A DNA stretch of 64,000 bases from Octopus vulgaris (GCA_951406725.2 OX597821.1:60574001-60638000); one strand, 5' to 3'; numbered from the stretch's first letter, positions 14,082 to 30,209 are shown. A program made the numbers and translations. The notes: generated by a model not told the origin, from the letters alone.

Positions 14082-14252
14082 GTGTGTTTGTGCGTATGCT
14101 TTAAGTTCGTTCATGCGAAATGTTTTTGAGTGCGCACATAAAAAGCTCCTGTATATGCTTGTGTGTGTACGAGTGAGTGAATATATGTGGGATCTTTCAC
14201 AATTTCCAATTGTACGACATGAATCATACCCAATTTATTCTACTCTGTATAG

Positions 14253-14459
14253 ATCGTTGCAGAAACATGCCAGAGGGATCAGAACTCCGCGTGCCTGGAA
14301 AATGTAGACGATACTTGAGATGTTACAACGGAAAAGCAGTAGAGAAATGCTGTCATTGGGGTTATTCTTTTAAACCAGGAAGAGGATGTCGCCGTGATTA
14401 TCACTGCAAGGAAAAGTGCGATTCAACACATCCAACACCAGACCCACACGGTCTCCAAG
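14253..14459 (+). CDS. Exon M6: chitin-binding-like module
   Basis: AG/GT sites, 207 nt, CRRYLRC and CCHW variants. Confidence 0.85.
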
Positions 14460-14473
14460 GTATGTAACACCCA

Positions 14474-14536
<63 letters not shown>

Positions 14537-14643
14537 TAACTAACTAACAATATAGGATGAAGTCCCTTTCTCTACAGAAAGGAATCCATCAGGAAGCGTG
14601 GGCAGTATATTTAAAAAACCGTTACGGTTGAAGTATAAACATC

Positions 14644-14750
14644 ATATAATTAACGGCTAAAGAGGGTTATTCTAAAGCCAATACACTGATTTATCCACTT
14701 ATAATCCGCTTGCTACAGTGTATTGGCTTTAGAATAACCCTCTTTAGCCC

Positions 14751-14760
<10 letters not shown>
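14644..14760. repeat. Inverted repeat, 45-bp arms
   Basis: 14644-14688 versus 14716-14760, ending in (TA)n. Confidence 0.9.
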
Positions 14761-14824
<64 letters not shown>

Positions 14825-15209
14825 TCTAGTGTGTGCCTGGGGAGAGTCATTCGCTTTTTGTGCCTTATTACTTAACACACTCACTAGTTCGATTTTAACT
14901 AATTTACTCATTTATTTTTTTCCTAAAATTTTCGTTCTGTCTTGCAAAATCTTCAATAGTCGTTGACTCTCTATTGTAGAGTGAACGACCATTGAAGAGT
15001 TTGTAAGACGCAACGAAAATTGTAGAAAAAATAAATAAGTAAATGAGTGGAAATCAAACTAGTGGGTGTGTTAAATAATAAGTCACTAAAACAGAATGAT
15101 TTTCCCCAGGCACAATAATATACGCTTCAACACACGGATTCACATGAAAAATATTGCAAAGCGAATACAAAAACGAAACTTATATATTCTTTTAGTTTTT
15201 CATTATTTT

Positions 15210-15830
15210 ACTGGTTTCAACCAGTGTCTGGGTCCAAGTTGGGGCACTGCCTTTCACTGTTTTGGGGTCTCCTTTCGGTACTGCTTTTGGTGAAGTTGCG
15301 AGTTGGACGAAGCTGCTCTTCTTTGTGCCTCCTGCTCTGATGTGGGCTCATCTGAGATTGCAGATAGAAATTCGTCCAAGTGCATTTTGAATGTTTCCAA
15401 ATGTACACTTTGCAGATCTTTTAAGTTCCTTTGCAGGATGTTGAACAGTTATGATCCTCTGAAACGGAAGCTGCAATTATGGGTCCTTATCTGAGATGAA
15501 GAAGACGGTATCTTTGGTATTGGGCAGTGCCGTCCAGTTCTGTGTTTGATATAGTTTCTAATTCCAAATTTGGAAGCTAGACCTTCCATTGTCCTCCATA
15601 TGTACATCTCTGTATACCTTTCTCGCCTTCACTCCCCGGAGTAGAGCTTCAGTTCTTGTAGCTTCTACCAGTTGCTCATATCTTTCACCGAGTCATTCTT
15701 CTTTGTGTATTGACATTGGATAATCTCGAGTCCAGTCACGAATTTGACTCTCTGTGGCGTCTACAGTTGGAAGCAGTAATCCAGATGACTGAAGACAAAT
15801 GTTCTCCATAGGCGTAAGCAAGGTATCTTT
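15210..15830 (-). mobile_element. CR1-clade LINE 3' fragment (copy 2)
   Basis: Longer version of 9585-9955. Confidence 0.7.
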
Positions 15831-15996
15831 GTTTGTGGTTTTAAGAAGTTTGATTCAAAACCACATGGTTTCAGGTTCAGTCCCAAAGTGTGGTACCTTG
15901 TGCAAGTGCCTTCTCGCTCTCTCCCCCTCTCCCCTCTCTGTCTGTCTGTCTGTCCGTCCGTCAATCCGTCCGTATGTCTGTCTGTCTGTTTGTTTG

Positions 15997-16097
<101 letters not shown>

Positions 16098-16323
16098 TAA
16101 CTCTTTTTAAACACTTCAAGGTCAGAATTCAAGTATCATTTCTTTAGATATGAGTGAGAACATTATGCATGTTGTGTGAATTTTTATTACATAATAACAC
16201 TGGAGACATTTAACTTTAACCAATTATGTATATATATATATATATATATATACATATATAAACATATGTATATATGCATATGTATGTAGATGTATGTATG
16301 TATGTATATATATATATATATAA

Positions 16324-16404
<81 letters not shown>

Positions 16405-16589
16405 CGTAATGTACGTATATAAGTACAAATGTAAGTGGGGGTAGCGACATCAAACTACCTTATTCACTAAACGCCACTCGTATCAGAGAATGTTTTTAAA
16501 GTAGTGAAAACATGGTATGGCCAACGGCGGTGTCCCAGAATTGCTGCAGCTCACGAAGTGAAATTAGTAAAAGATAAAAGATAATATAC

Positions 16590-17482
<893 letters not shown>

Positions 17483-17895
17483 TTGTATGTTTGTGTGTGT
17501 GAGTATGTGTGTGCGTGTGCGTGTGTGAATATGTGTAAGTGTGTGTGTATTTTTTAAGTTCATTAATGTGAAATGCTTTTCAGTGAGGTCATAAAAAGTT
17601 CCTATGTGTTGAAATGAACTACGGGTGAACAACGGCAACTTAAAGATGTGGTTTGTGAGAAACTTAAGTGACAATACGTTAAAGTATTTATGAATTTCCA
17701 TCCGAAGGTTCTTGTTATATATTTCTCTCCTTCTCTCTCTCTCTCTCTCTGTCTGTCTGTCTCTTCCTCTCTCTCCCTGTCTCCCTATAAATATTTAAGT
17801 GTGTACGCGTGAGTGAATATATGTGGGTTTGTAACAATTTCGAATTCTATATCGTACACTATGAATGATACCCAAATTTGTTTTACTCTGTATAG

Positions 17896-18102
17896 ATCGT
17901 TGCAGAAACATGCCAGAGGGATCAGAACTCCGCGTGCCTGGAAAATGTAGACAATACTTGAGATGTTACAACGGAAAAGCAGTAGAGAAATGCTGCCAGT
18001 GGGGTTATTCTTTTAAACCAGGAAGAGGATGTCGCCGTGATTATGACTGTAAAGAAAGGTGCGATTCAACACATCCAACACCAGACCCACACGGTCTCCA
18101 AG
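17896..18102 (+). CDS. Exon M7: chitin-binding-like module
   Basis: AG/GT sites, 207 nt, open frame. Confidence 0.85.
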
Positions 18103-18117
18103 GTATGTAACACCCAC

Positions 18118-18164
<47 letters not shown>

Positions 18165-18376
18165 GTGAAATAGAAAGATGAATAATCTTGTTGCAGATTA
18201 ATCAAAAGTTTAATCGATACCTTGGTAGCAAAAATCACAGCAGAAGACAGCACGGTTGGAGGTACAACCATATGGTGTTGCAACCGTGCGTTGGTGCGGA
18301 TAATTGAATTTTAATATTATTAGTGAATTTAAGAAATGGAGTTGAACGAAGATTGAACAAAAATCGTTTTATTTCA

Positions 18377-18456
18377 TTCTACACGTGTTTCGAAAGGCAC
18401 AATTTACCAAATTCCGATTGAATAATGAGACCATATTGTGTCTTTCTCTTCAGGAA
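18377..18456 (-). ncRNA. Type I hammerhead ribozyme motif, mirror copy in the palindrome
   Basis: Reverse complement of 18621-18700. Confidence 0.75.
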
Positions 18457-18620
18457 GAAATAGGAAATCCGTTGGAAAAAACAAAAACAGAACAGAGGCG
18501 GAGCAAAACAAATCGAACTAGGCTCCTAAGAGTTTGGCCATGGGCTCTTAGGAGCCTAGTTCGATTTGTTTTGCTCCGCCTCTGTTCTGTTTTTGTTTTT
18601 TCCAACGGATTTCCTATTTC

Positions 18621-18700
18621 TTCCTGAAGAGAAAGACACAATATGGTCTCATTATTCAATCGGAATTTGGTAAATTGTGCCTTTCGAAACACGTGTAGAA
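18621..18700 (+). ncRNA. Type I hammerhead ribozyme motif (canonical core), PLE-type
   Basis: TTC-CTGAAGA-GAAAGACACAAT...ATTGTGCCTTTC-GAAAC-ACGT-GTA-GAA; palindromic stem III, GUA cleavage triplet. Confidence 0.75.
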
Positions 18701-18753
18701 TGAAATAAAACGATTTCTGTTCAATCTTCGTTCAACTCCATTTCTTAAATTCA

Positions 18754-18846
<93 letters not shown>

Positions 18847-19239
18847 ATATTCTAGTGTGTGCCTGGGGAGAGTCATTCGCTTTTTGTGCCTTATTACTTA
18901 ACACACTCACTAGTTCGATTTTAACTCATTTACTCATTTATTTTTTTCCTAAAATTTTCGTTCTGTCTTGCAAAATCTTCAATAGTCGTTGACTCTCTAT
19001 TGTAGAGTCAACGTCTATTGAAGAGTTTGTAAGACGCAACGAAAATTGTAGAAAAAATAAATAAGTAAATGAGTGGAAATCAAACTAGTGGGTGTGTTAA
19101 ATAATAAGTCACTAAAACAGAATGATTCTCCCCAGGCACAATAAAATACGCTTCAACACACGGATTCACATGAAGAATATTGCAAACCGAATACAAAAAC
19201 GAAACTTATATATTCTTTTAGTTTTTCATTATTTTACTG

Positions 19240-19860
19240 GTTTCAACCAGTGTCTGTGTCCAAGTTGGGGCACTGCCTTTCACTGTTTTGGGGTCTCCTT
19301 TCGGTACTGCTTTTGGTGAAGTTGCGAGTTGGACGAAGCTGCTCTTCTTTGTGCCTCTTGCCGCGATGTGGGATCATCTGGGATTGCAGATAGAAATTCG
19401 TCCAAGTGCATTTTGAATGTTTCCATATGTACACCTTTCAGATCTTTAAGCTTTCTTGGCAGGATGTTGAACAGTTATGATCCTCTGAAACGGAAGCTGC
19501 TGCAATTATAGGTCCTTATCTGAGATGAAGAAGACGGTATCTTTGGTATTGGGCAATGCCGTCCAGTTCTGTGTTTGATATAGTTTTTAATTCCAAATTT
19601 GGAAGCTAGACCTTCCAGTGTCCTCCATATGTACATCTCTGTATACCTTTCTCGCCTTCACTCCTCGGAGTAGAGCTTCAGTTCTTGTAGCTTCTCCCAG
19701 TTGCTCATCTCTTTCACCGAGTCATTCTTCTTTGTGTATTGACATTGGATAGCCTCGAGTCCAGTCACGAATTTGACTCTCTGTGGCGAATACAGTTGGA
19801 AGCAATAATCCAGACGACCGAAGACAAATGTTCTCCATAGGCGTAAGCAAGGTATCTTTG
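19240..19860 (-). mobile_element. CR1-clade LINE 3' fragment (copy 3)
   Basis: Near-identical to 15210-15830. Confidence 0.7.
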
Positions 19861-19971
19861 TTTGTGGTTTTAAGAAGTTTGATTCTGAACCACATGGTTT
19901 CGGGTTCAGTCCCAAAGTGTGGTACCTTGTGCAAGTGCCTTCTCGCTCTCTCCCCCTCTCCCCCTCTGTCT

Positions 19972-20005
<34 letters not shown>

Positions 20006-20057
20006 CTGTCTGTCTGTCTCTGTCTCTCTCTCTCTCTCTATATATATATATAGAGAG

Positions 20058-20121
<64 letters not shown>

Positions 20122-20247
20122 TGTAACTCGTTTTAAACACTTCAAGGTCAGAATTCAAGTATCATTTCTTTAGATATGAGTGAGAACATTATGCATGTTG
20201 TGTGAATTTTTATTACATAATAACACTGGAGACATTTAACTTTAACC

Positions 20248-20293
<46 letters not shown>

Positions 20294-20395
20294 TAAATAT
20301 ATACATATGTAAATATATGTATATATGCATATGTATGTAGATGTATGTATGTATGTGTATATATATATATATATATATAAATATATATATATGTA

Positions 20396-20442
<47 letters not shown>

Positions 20443-20454
20443 ACACATACACTC

Positions 20455-20487
<33 letters not shown>

Positions 20488-20706
20488 AACACTTAGATAT
20501 ACATCTCTAATGTACGTATATAAGTACAAATGTAACTGGGGGTAGCGACATCAAACTACCTTATTCACTAAATGCCACGCGTATCAGAGAATGTTTTTAA
20601 AGTAGTGAAAACATGGTATGGCCAACGGCGGTGTCCCAGAATTGCTGCAGCTCACGAAGTGAAATTAGTAAAAGATAAAAGATAATATCTATCTATCTAT
20701 CTATTA

Positions 20707-20864
<158 letters not shown>

Positions 20865-21236
20865 TTGTATGTTTGTGTGTGTGAGTATGTGTGTGCGTGT
20901 GCGTGTGTGAATATGTGTAAGTGTGTGTGTATTTTTTAAGTTCATCAATGTGAAATGCTTTTCAGTGAGGTCATAAAAAGTTCCTATGTGTTGAAATGAA
21001 CTACGGGTGAACAACAGCAACTTAAAGATGTGGTTTGTGAGAAACTTAAGTGACAATACGTTAAAGTATTTATGAATTTCCATCCGAAGGTTCTTGTTAT
21101 ATATTTCTCTCCTTCTCTCTCGCTCTCTGTCTGTCTGTCTGTCTCTTCCTCTCTCTCCCCCTCTCCCTATAAATATTTGAGTGTGTACGCGTGAGTGAAT
21201 ATATGTGGGTTTGTAACAATTTCGAATTCAGTAAAG

Positions 21237-21326
<90 letters not shown>

Positions 21327-21744
21327 TGTATGCACATCTATATGTGTGTGAGTATGTGTGGGTGGGTGTATTTTTTACGTTCATTTATGTGAAACATTTA
21401 TGTGAAACACTTCCTGTGTTGTAATGTAGAATGGATGAGCAAGAGAGCAACTAAAAGATGTGGTTTGTGAGATACGTACGTTACAATACATTAAAGGATT
21501 TATGATCTTCCATCCAAAATCTTGGAGAAACTTAAGTGACAATACGTTAAAGTATTTATGAATTTCCATCCGAAGGTTCTTGTTATATATTTCTCTCCTT
21601 CTCTCTCGCTCTCTGTCTGTCTCTTCATCTCTCTCCCCCTCTCCCTATAAATATTTGAGTGTGTACGCATGAGTGGGTTTGTAACGATTTCGAATTCTAT
21701 ATCGTACACTATGAATGATATCCAATTTAATTTATTTTGTATAG

Positions 21745-21951
21745 ATCGTTGCAGAAACATGCCAGAGGGATCAGAACTCCGCGTGCCTGGCAAATGTAGA
21801 CAATACTTGAGATGTTACAACGGAAAAGCAGTAGAGAAATGCTGCCAGTGGGGTTATTCTTTTAAACCAGGAAGAGGATGTCGCCGTGATTATCACTGTA
21901 AAGAAAAGTGCGATTCACCACATCCAACGCCAAATCCAGTCGATCCAATAG
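21745..21951 (+). CDS. Exon M8: chitin-binding-like module
   Basis: tag|AT...ATAG|gtaata, 207 nt, linker PHPTPNPVDPI. Confidence 0.85.
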
Positions 21952-22293
21952 GTAATAACTACGTTCATTTATGTGTAACACTTTTGAGTGCGCTCAGAAA
22001 AAATTCCTGTGTCGTAATGTAGAATGGATGAGCAAGAGAGCAACTAAAAGATGTGGTTTGTGAGAAACGTACGTTACAATACATTAAAGGATTTACGATC
22101 TTCCATCCAAAGTTTGTTGTCATATATCTCTCTCTCTCGCACTCTTTATGTCTGTCTGTCTCTTCCTCACTCTCCCCCCCTCTCTGTATATATTTGTGTG
22201 TGTACGTGTGAGTGAATACATATGGGTCTCTGTAAGAATTTCCAATCTATATTGTACGTATGACTGATACCCAATTTATTTTACTCTGTATAG

Positions 22294-22500
22294 ATCGTTG
22301 CAGAAACATGCCAGAGGGATCAGAACTCCGCGTGCCTGGCAAATGTAGACAATACTTGAGATGTTACAACGGAAAAGCAGTAGAGAAGTGCTGCCAGTGG
22401 GGGTATTCTTTCAAACCAGGAAGAGGATGTCGCCGTGATTATCACTGCAAAGAAAAGTGTGATTCACCACATCCAACGCCAGACCCACACGATCTCAGAG
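22294..22500 (+). CDS. Exon M9: chitin-binding-like module
   Basis: tag|AT...AGAG|gtgagt, 207 nt, linker PHPTPDPHDLR. Confidence 0.85.
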
Positions 22501-22515
22501 GTGAGTAACAACCAC

Positions 22516-22584
<69 letters not shown>

Positions 22585-22871
22585 TGTATTCTATTGTGTT
22601 TGGGGAGGGTCATTCGCGTTTAGTGCACTATTCTTTAACACAACCATCGGTTCGATTCCCACACATTTACTTATTTATTTTTTCCTAAAATTTTTGTTTC
22701 GTCTTGCAGCCTCTTCAATACTCGTTGACTTTCTATTGAAGAGTCAACGGCTATTGAAGAGGTCTCATTACTTTAAAAACATCAGAGAATGTTTTTAAAT
22801 AACGAATGTGTAGCATGGCTAACGGCGGGCTCCCAGCATAGTCGCAGCCCTCGAACTGAATTCAGTAAAAG

Positions 22872-22946
<75 letters not shown>

Positions 22947-23327
22947 TGTATGCACATCTATATGTGTGTGAGTATGTGTGGGTGGGTGTATTTTTTACGT
23001 TAATTTATGTGAAACACTTTTGAGTGCGCTCAGAAAAAATTCCTGTGTTGTAATGTAGAATGGATGAGCAAGAGAGCAACTAAAAGATGTGGTTTGTGAG
23101 ATACGTACGTTACAATACATTAAAGGATTTATGATCTTCCATCCAAAGTTTGTTGTCATATATCTCTCTCTCTCGCACTCTTAATGTCTGTCTGTCTCTT
23201 CCTCACTCTCCCCCCCTCTCTGTATATATTTGTGTGTGTACGTGTGAGTGAATACATATGGGTCTGTAACAATTTCCAATCTATATTGTACGCATGACTG
23301 ATACCCAATTTATTTTACTCTGTATAG

Positions 23328-23534
23328 ATCGTTGCAGAAACATGCCACAGGGATCAGAACTCCGCGTGCCTGGCAAATGTAGACAATACTTGAGATGTTA
23401 CAACGGAAAAGCAGTAGAGAAATGCTGCCAGTGGGGTTATTCTTTTAAACCAGGAAGAGGATGTCGCCGTGATTATCACTGTAAAGAAAAGTGTGATTCA
23501 CCACATCCAACGCTAAATCCAATCGATCCAATAG
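23328..23534 (+). CDS. Exon M10: chitin-binding-like module
   Basis: tag|AT...ATAG|gtaata, 207 nt. Confidence 0.85.
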
Positions 23535-24251
23535 GTAATAACTTTAAACACACACACAGACACACACAGAGACACACACAGAGACACACACACACAGACA
23601 CACACACATGCTTAAGTAGGAATAAGAGGAGAAAATTATGACGTTGTTATATAATCTTATAGAAAGTTGCGATCTTTTCGAATGGTACAGGTATTATTTC
23701 ATTGCGATACGTATTGGTGTTTGCATATAAAATTTATGGAAACACCTATAATAATTAATTGAATAAGTAATGAACAGGTTGACATATACAATTCTCACCA
23801 GACATTAAAGTTATGTTAGAATTTTAGTGTTTCCAATGGATATCTACCTTGGCAGAAGTTGTGTCCGATTAACAAATATTCTAAGGCGTCGAGCTGCAGA
23901 AGTATTACCGCGAGTGGGGGTGGGCAAAGGACAAAGCGGGATTTCGTCCATCTTAACGTTACCAGTTCTTATACTGTCGAGGTGGACTTTGCCTTTCATT
24001 CTTTCGGTGTCGATTAAATAAGTGCCAGTTGAACTCCGGGGTCGATATAATCAACTCAAAATCTGCTCCACCAAAATCTGCCCCACCGCTCCACCAAAAT
24101 CTGCTAACCTTGGGCCAAATTTTGAAACCAATATTATGCATTCCACTATGAAGATAATTCAGTAGAAGAAGATTGTAGGTAACAGTCATATCAGATTGTA
24201 CTGTCTCCTATCTATCTACCTACCTACCTACCTACCTACCTACCTTCCTAC

Positions 24252-24341
<90 letters not shown>

Positions 24342-24392
24342 GTCTGTCTGTCTGTCTGTCTGCCTACCTGTCTGCCTACCTGCCTGCCTGCC

Positions 24393-24461
<69 letters not shown>

Positions 24462-24548
24462 TTCTCTCTGTCTCTCTCTCTCTCTCTCTATTATCTATCT
24501 ATCCATCTATCTATCTGCCTGTCTGTATGTCTGCCTGCCTGCCTGCCT

Positions 24549-25388
24549 GCCGACCTGCCCGAGATGCGGTTAGAGCGACGAAACCGTTCTGCACGCACTC
24601 GTGCAGTGTCCAACAATTTCCGACCTGTGGGCTTATCTCGAACAACTGCTGTCACGTGTGGGACGAGTCGGTTTATCAGCTGAGTCTATCGTCAATATTG
24701 TCACGCCTCCTTCCTTCAAACGGGAAGGAAGAGCTATTTTCATCATCCTTGTGGCTATGGCGAAAGAATGTATCTGGTGGACGCGTCTGAAAAGATTGGA
24801 GACAAACACTTTCCTCTCTGGTCAATCTCTCATCAACTTCTTCAAGTACCACTTGAAAAGGAAAGTGAGAGTAGAGAGGCAAGTTTTGTCTAGCGAATGT
24901 TTTAAAAATAGATGGGTGAATGTAGCAAGAATGGCACGTATGAATGACGAAGCCACCTTGAGCATAATCTTATGAACCCAGAAATTGAAAACAGAGGGTT
25001 ACCCACTTGCAAACAAATGTGGTAACATATAACAATATTGACCAAGGTTACCGTGGTCTTTTTCGTAGGCTTTTCTTCCCACGGATAAACCTTACTTGCT
25101 TTCCCCTTTACACCATACATCATGACACTGTGATACACGATCCCTATTGATCGTATTTTTTCCTCTTCCCTTTTTTTCCTCTTTTTTCTTCTTTTTTCAT
25201 TTTTCTTTTCTTTTGTTCCTTTTCCCTTATTTCTTTTTTTCTTTTTTTTCTTTTTTTTGTTCTTTTTTCCCTTTTACGATCCCTTTTGATCGAAAACCTA
25301 CGCCACCTTTTTTTTCTCCCCCAAAAGAAAAGCTCTACCTTGTAACTTGTCCCATCTGTGTGCAGCCCTGTGTGGCCAATAAAGAAAC

Positions 25389-25390
<2 letters not shown>
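24549..25390 (+). mobile_element. L1/Tx1-like LINE 3' end in (TCTA)n
   Basis: CPRCG..DETVLHALVQCP CCHC knuckle, T-rich 3' UTR, AATAAA. Confidence 0.7.
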
Positions 25391-25472
<82 letters not shown>

Positions 25473-25545
25473 TTGCCTGTGTGTCTCTCTGTGTGTATGT
25501 CCGCCTGCCTATCTGCCTGTCTGTCTGTCTCTGTGTTTGTGTCTG

Positions 25546-25618
<73 letters not shown>

Positions 25619-25648
25619 TTATCTATCTATCTATTTTATTTTACACAG

Positions 25649-25855
25649 GTCGCTGCAGACACATACCAGACAATACAGAGTTCCCCTTGCCTGGCAGATG
25701 CAGAACATACTTGAGATGTTACAACGGAAAAGCAGTAGAGAAATGCTGTCAGTGGGGTTATTCTTTTAAACCAGGAAGGGGATGTCGCCGTGATTATCAC
25801 TGCAAAGAAACGTGTGATTCAACACATCCACAGCCAGACCCACATGGTCTGCAAG
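25649..25855 (+). CDS. Exon M11: chimeric chitin-binding-like module with GC donor
   Basis: ttacacag|GT...CAAG|gcatgc, 207 nt, [37 protein letters not shown]...; donor is GC rather than GT. Confidence 0.65.
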
Positions 25856-25937
25856 GCATGCAATCTCCTTTTACTTATCTGTCTGTGTGTCTGCCTGTCT
25901 ATCTATTCATACATATGTTGATATGTATGCTTATATA

Positions 25938-27341
<1,404 letters not shown>

Positions 27342-27589
27342 TATATACGGTGTTCATAAATTATCCTGGCAATTTCTACAATCTATTGTATTGCAACATC
27401 TAGATGTGTTGCGTGCAACCACTGGAATCCACCTGGGAATGTCCTGGCGTATCTAATTAAACTTTATCTGTTTTGTAATAAACTCTGCTGAGTCATCTGT
27501 ACTTTTTACTCTTTTCTGAATGTTTCAAATTGTAAAGGTTATTTATCGATACCCTGTATATATACGTATGTATAAACGTGTATAGGCGC

Positions 27590-28432
27590 TCTGTGGTAAG
27601 ATTGCATTTCACTCTGGAAATAGTTCCGCAACCATAGGATGAATTTGATCAGATAAAATGCTTAAAGAGTCTTGACAAATAATTCTGCTATGAAGGGAAA
27701 CCACTGGGCCGGCGGATCTCCAAGATATAGCTCCACTAGATCATCTCAGATCCTCCACCATGTTTAACAGTCGGAAGAAGGCTGTCTGGGTCAAATGCTT
27801 CTTTTGTCTGTCTCCACATGTATACTCGGCCGTTGGTCGGAAATAACGTAAAGGATGACTCATCCGAGAACATAACATTCTTCCACTGCTCTAGGGATCA
27901 ATTCTGTAGGTTTTTACTCCACTCTAAACGCTTTGTAACGTTTGTGTTTGAATGTAGAGGTTTTCTGATTGCAACCCTTCCGTGAAATCCGCGTTTGTGC
28001 AGCTCCGGGCGAACAGTTTTTGTAGTAACTGGGTTCTCGAGGTGGTCATTAAGCTCTGCATTAATTTTGGGAGCTGTACTTTTGTGATCCTTTCTAACAA
28101 TTCGCATAAGAGTTCAGCGATCCCTATCTGAAAATTTTGGCTTTCTTCTGGAGTTTTGTTTCGACGAGGAGTTTCCATTTTTCTCAAAGGCTGTCATTAC
28201 TTTAGAGACTACTTCTTGAGACACCAAATATTTCGGCTGTTTTCGTTACGCTAGCGCCTGCCATACGAACACCAACAATTTGACGTCTTTGAAAGTCAGC
28301 TAGATCTGTCATTTTAATGAATTTTAATTGCCTTTTTCTGATGATATCTGAAAATTAACAGTAATTTTAACAAAACATACTAAGCAACACTAATAATAAA
28401 TCAAAAACCTAAAAATAAACAAAGTTTTGACG

Positions 28433-28436
<4 letters not shown>
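27590..28436 (-). mobile_element. Tc1-like transposase relic
   Basis: TAPKINAELN...TKTVR.ELHKRGFHGRVAIRKPL...WKNVMFSDESSF...TVKHGG. Confidence 0.8.
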
Positions 28437-28467
<31 letters not shown>

Positions 28468-28482
28468 CTCTCTCTCACTCTC

Positions 28483-28530
<48 letters not shown>

Positions 28531-28632
28531 GTAAATCCAAAAATGAAGGACAACCACCCCAAAAAACACAACAACATGAGGATGTGGTACATGTAAAGTA
28601 TTAGCAGACGCTCAGGGAAGGAAAGAAAGATG

Positions 28633-28668
28633 GTTTAACGTTTCGAACAGACGCACTTCTTCGGAAAC
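28633..28668 (-). ncRNA. Degenerate minimal hammerhead-like motif
   Basis: GTTT-CCGAAGA-A-GTGC-GTCT-GTTC-GAAAC-GT-T-AAAC. Confidence 0.35.
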
Positions 28669-28749
28669 AGAGGAAAGTCCAATAGAAAGGAAGACTGAGG
28701 AAGAAAATCCCCAACAGTTCACATGTGGTTATACACACACATACATATG

Positions 28750-28854
<105 letters not shown>

Positions 28855-29661
28855 TATGTATGTATATATGTATATTTATATGTATAAATATATACATATA
28901 TACGTACATACATACATAAACACACACAAACACGCACATCTTACAACTCCTAAGCAGGCACATATAGTTATAAATATGTATAGATTCTTCATTAATATAT
29001 TCACAAATGTTTGCCTCCAAAGACACTCACCAAATTTGTGTATTCTATAATTTCGGGTTGACAAAATCCACAATATCCTTAGAGATGTTTTTTATGATGA
29101 TATTTTATCCATTATCCCAATAGTGTTCACTGATGAATACAGAGTTGAATTGTCGGAGTAACTATGTTCTGGTGAACAGATCAACTAGATTTCTTTCTTT
29201 GCATCAATTTGCGAACATACAATTGCATTGTACAATGATAAGTATACATATTAATACAAACATGTACGCATAATTTCTTCCATGCTGAAATTAATAGTAT
29301 GAGAAGACTATGAAACGGCTGTAAACCAGTGGAATTCACGCGGTTAAATAGCTATCAATCTCTCCGAAATGGCGGTGCCCCAGCATGGCCACAACTCATG
29401 AGTTGAAACTAGATCAAATGAAATTAAATCATATCTCTTGATTTTATGGTTTTATAAGCTTCTCATGAAATGATTTCGTCGAGTTGGCCTTCTGGATTTT
29501 CAGTTACAAGGACAATCTCTCTCGCTCTCTCTTTCTGTGAATGTATGTATGTATGTATGTATGTATGTATGTATGTATATAATAATAAATATTAGGGAAT
29601 AATTCCAAACTTACAGGGAAAAATCAGATTTAGGATTGAATCCAATTTTATAGTAAAATAT

Positions 29662-29875
29662 TATATTATATTAAATTAGAGACAAAACCACTATTAGGCA
29701 AATCATACAATGAAAGACTTAAGCTAATACACATGATTAATTTATATTATTTAAATATGTAACAATTATTAAAAAATATAATTGTTACATATTTAAATAA
29801 TATAAATTAATCATGTGTATTAGCTTAAGTCTTTCATTGTTTGATTTGCCTAATAGTGGTTTTGTCTCTAATTTA

Positions 29876-29885
<10 letters not shown>
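29662..29885. repeat. Inverted repeat, ~108-bp arms, 8-nt spacer
   Basis: 29662-29769 versus 29778-29885, ending in (TA)n. Confidence 0.9.
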
Positions 29886-29974
<89 letters not shown>

Positions 29975-30163
29975 CATACTCATTCACAATCATACACACA
30001 CACATATACATATATACAAACAAAAATATCCTGTTGTTGGTGTTGAAATCCAAATGAAGGAGCCTTGGATCTAGGTTAGAAAGCGGTTCTTTCTCTATTG
30101 GCAAGAAATCTTAAAATAAACTGAATCATGACATATACATACATACATACATACATACATACA

Positions 30164-30209
<46 letters not shown>

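Larger units (their letters stand above)
18318..18759. repeat. 215-bp-arm inverted repeat with 12-nt spacer
   Basis: Arms 18318-18532 and 18545-18759, one mismatch seen. Confidence 0.95.

Noticed and set aside
18385-18692. Two nearly identical 80-aa ORFs on opposite strands
   Set aside because: By-product of the DNA palindrome; no coding features.
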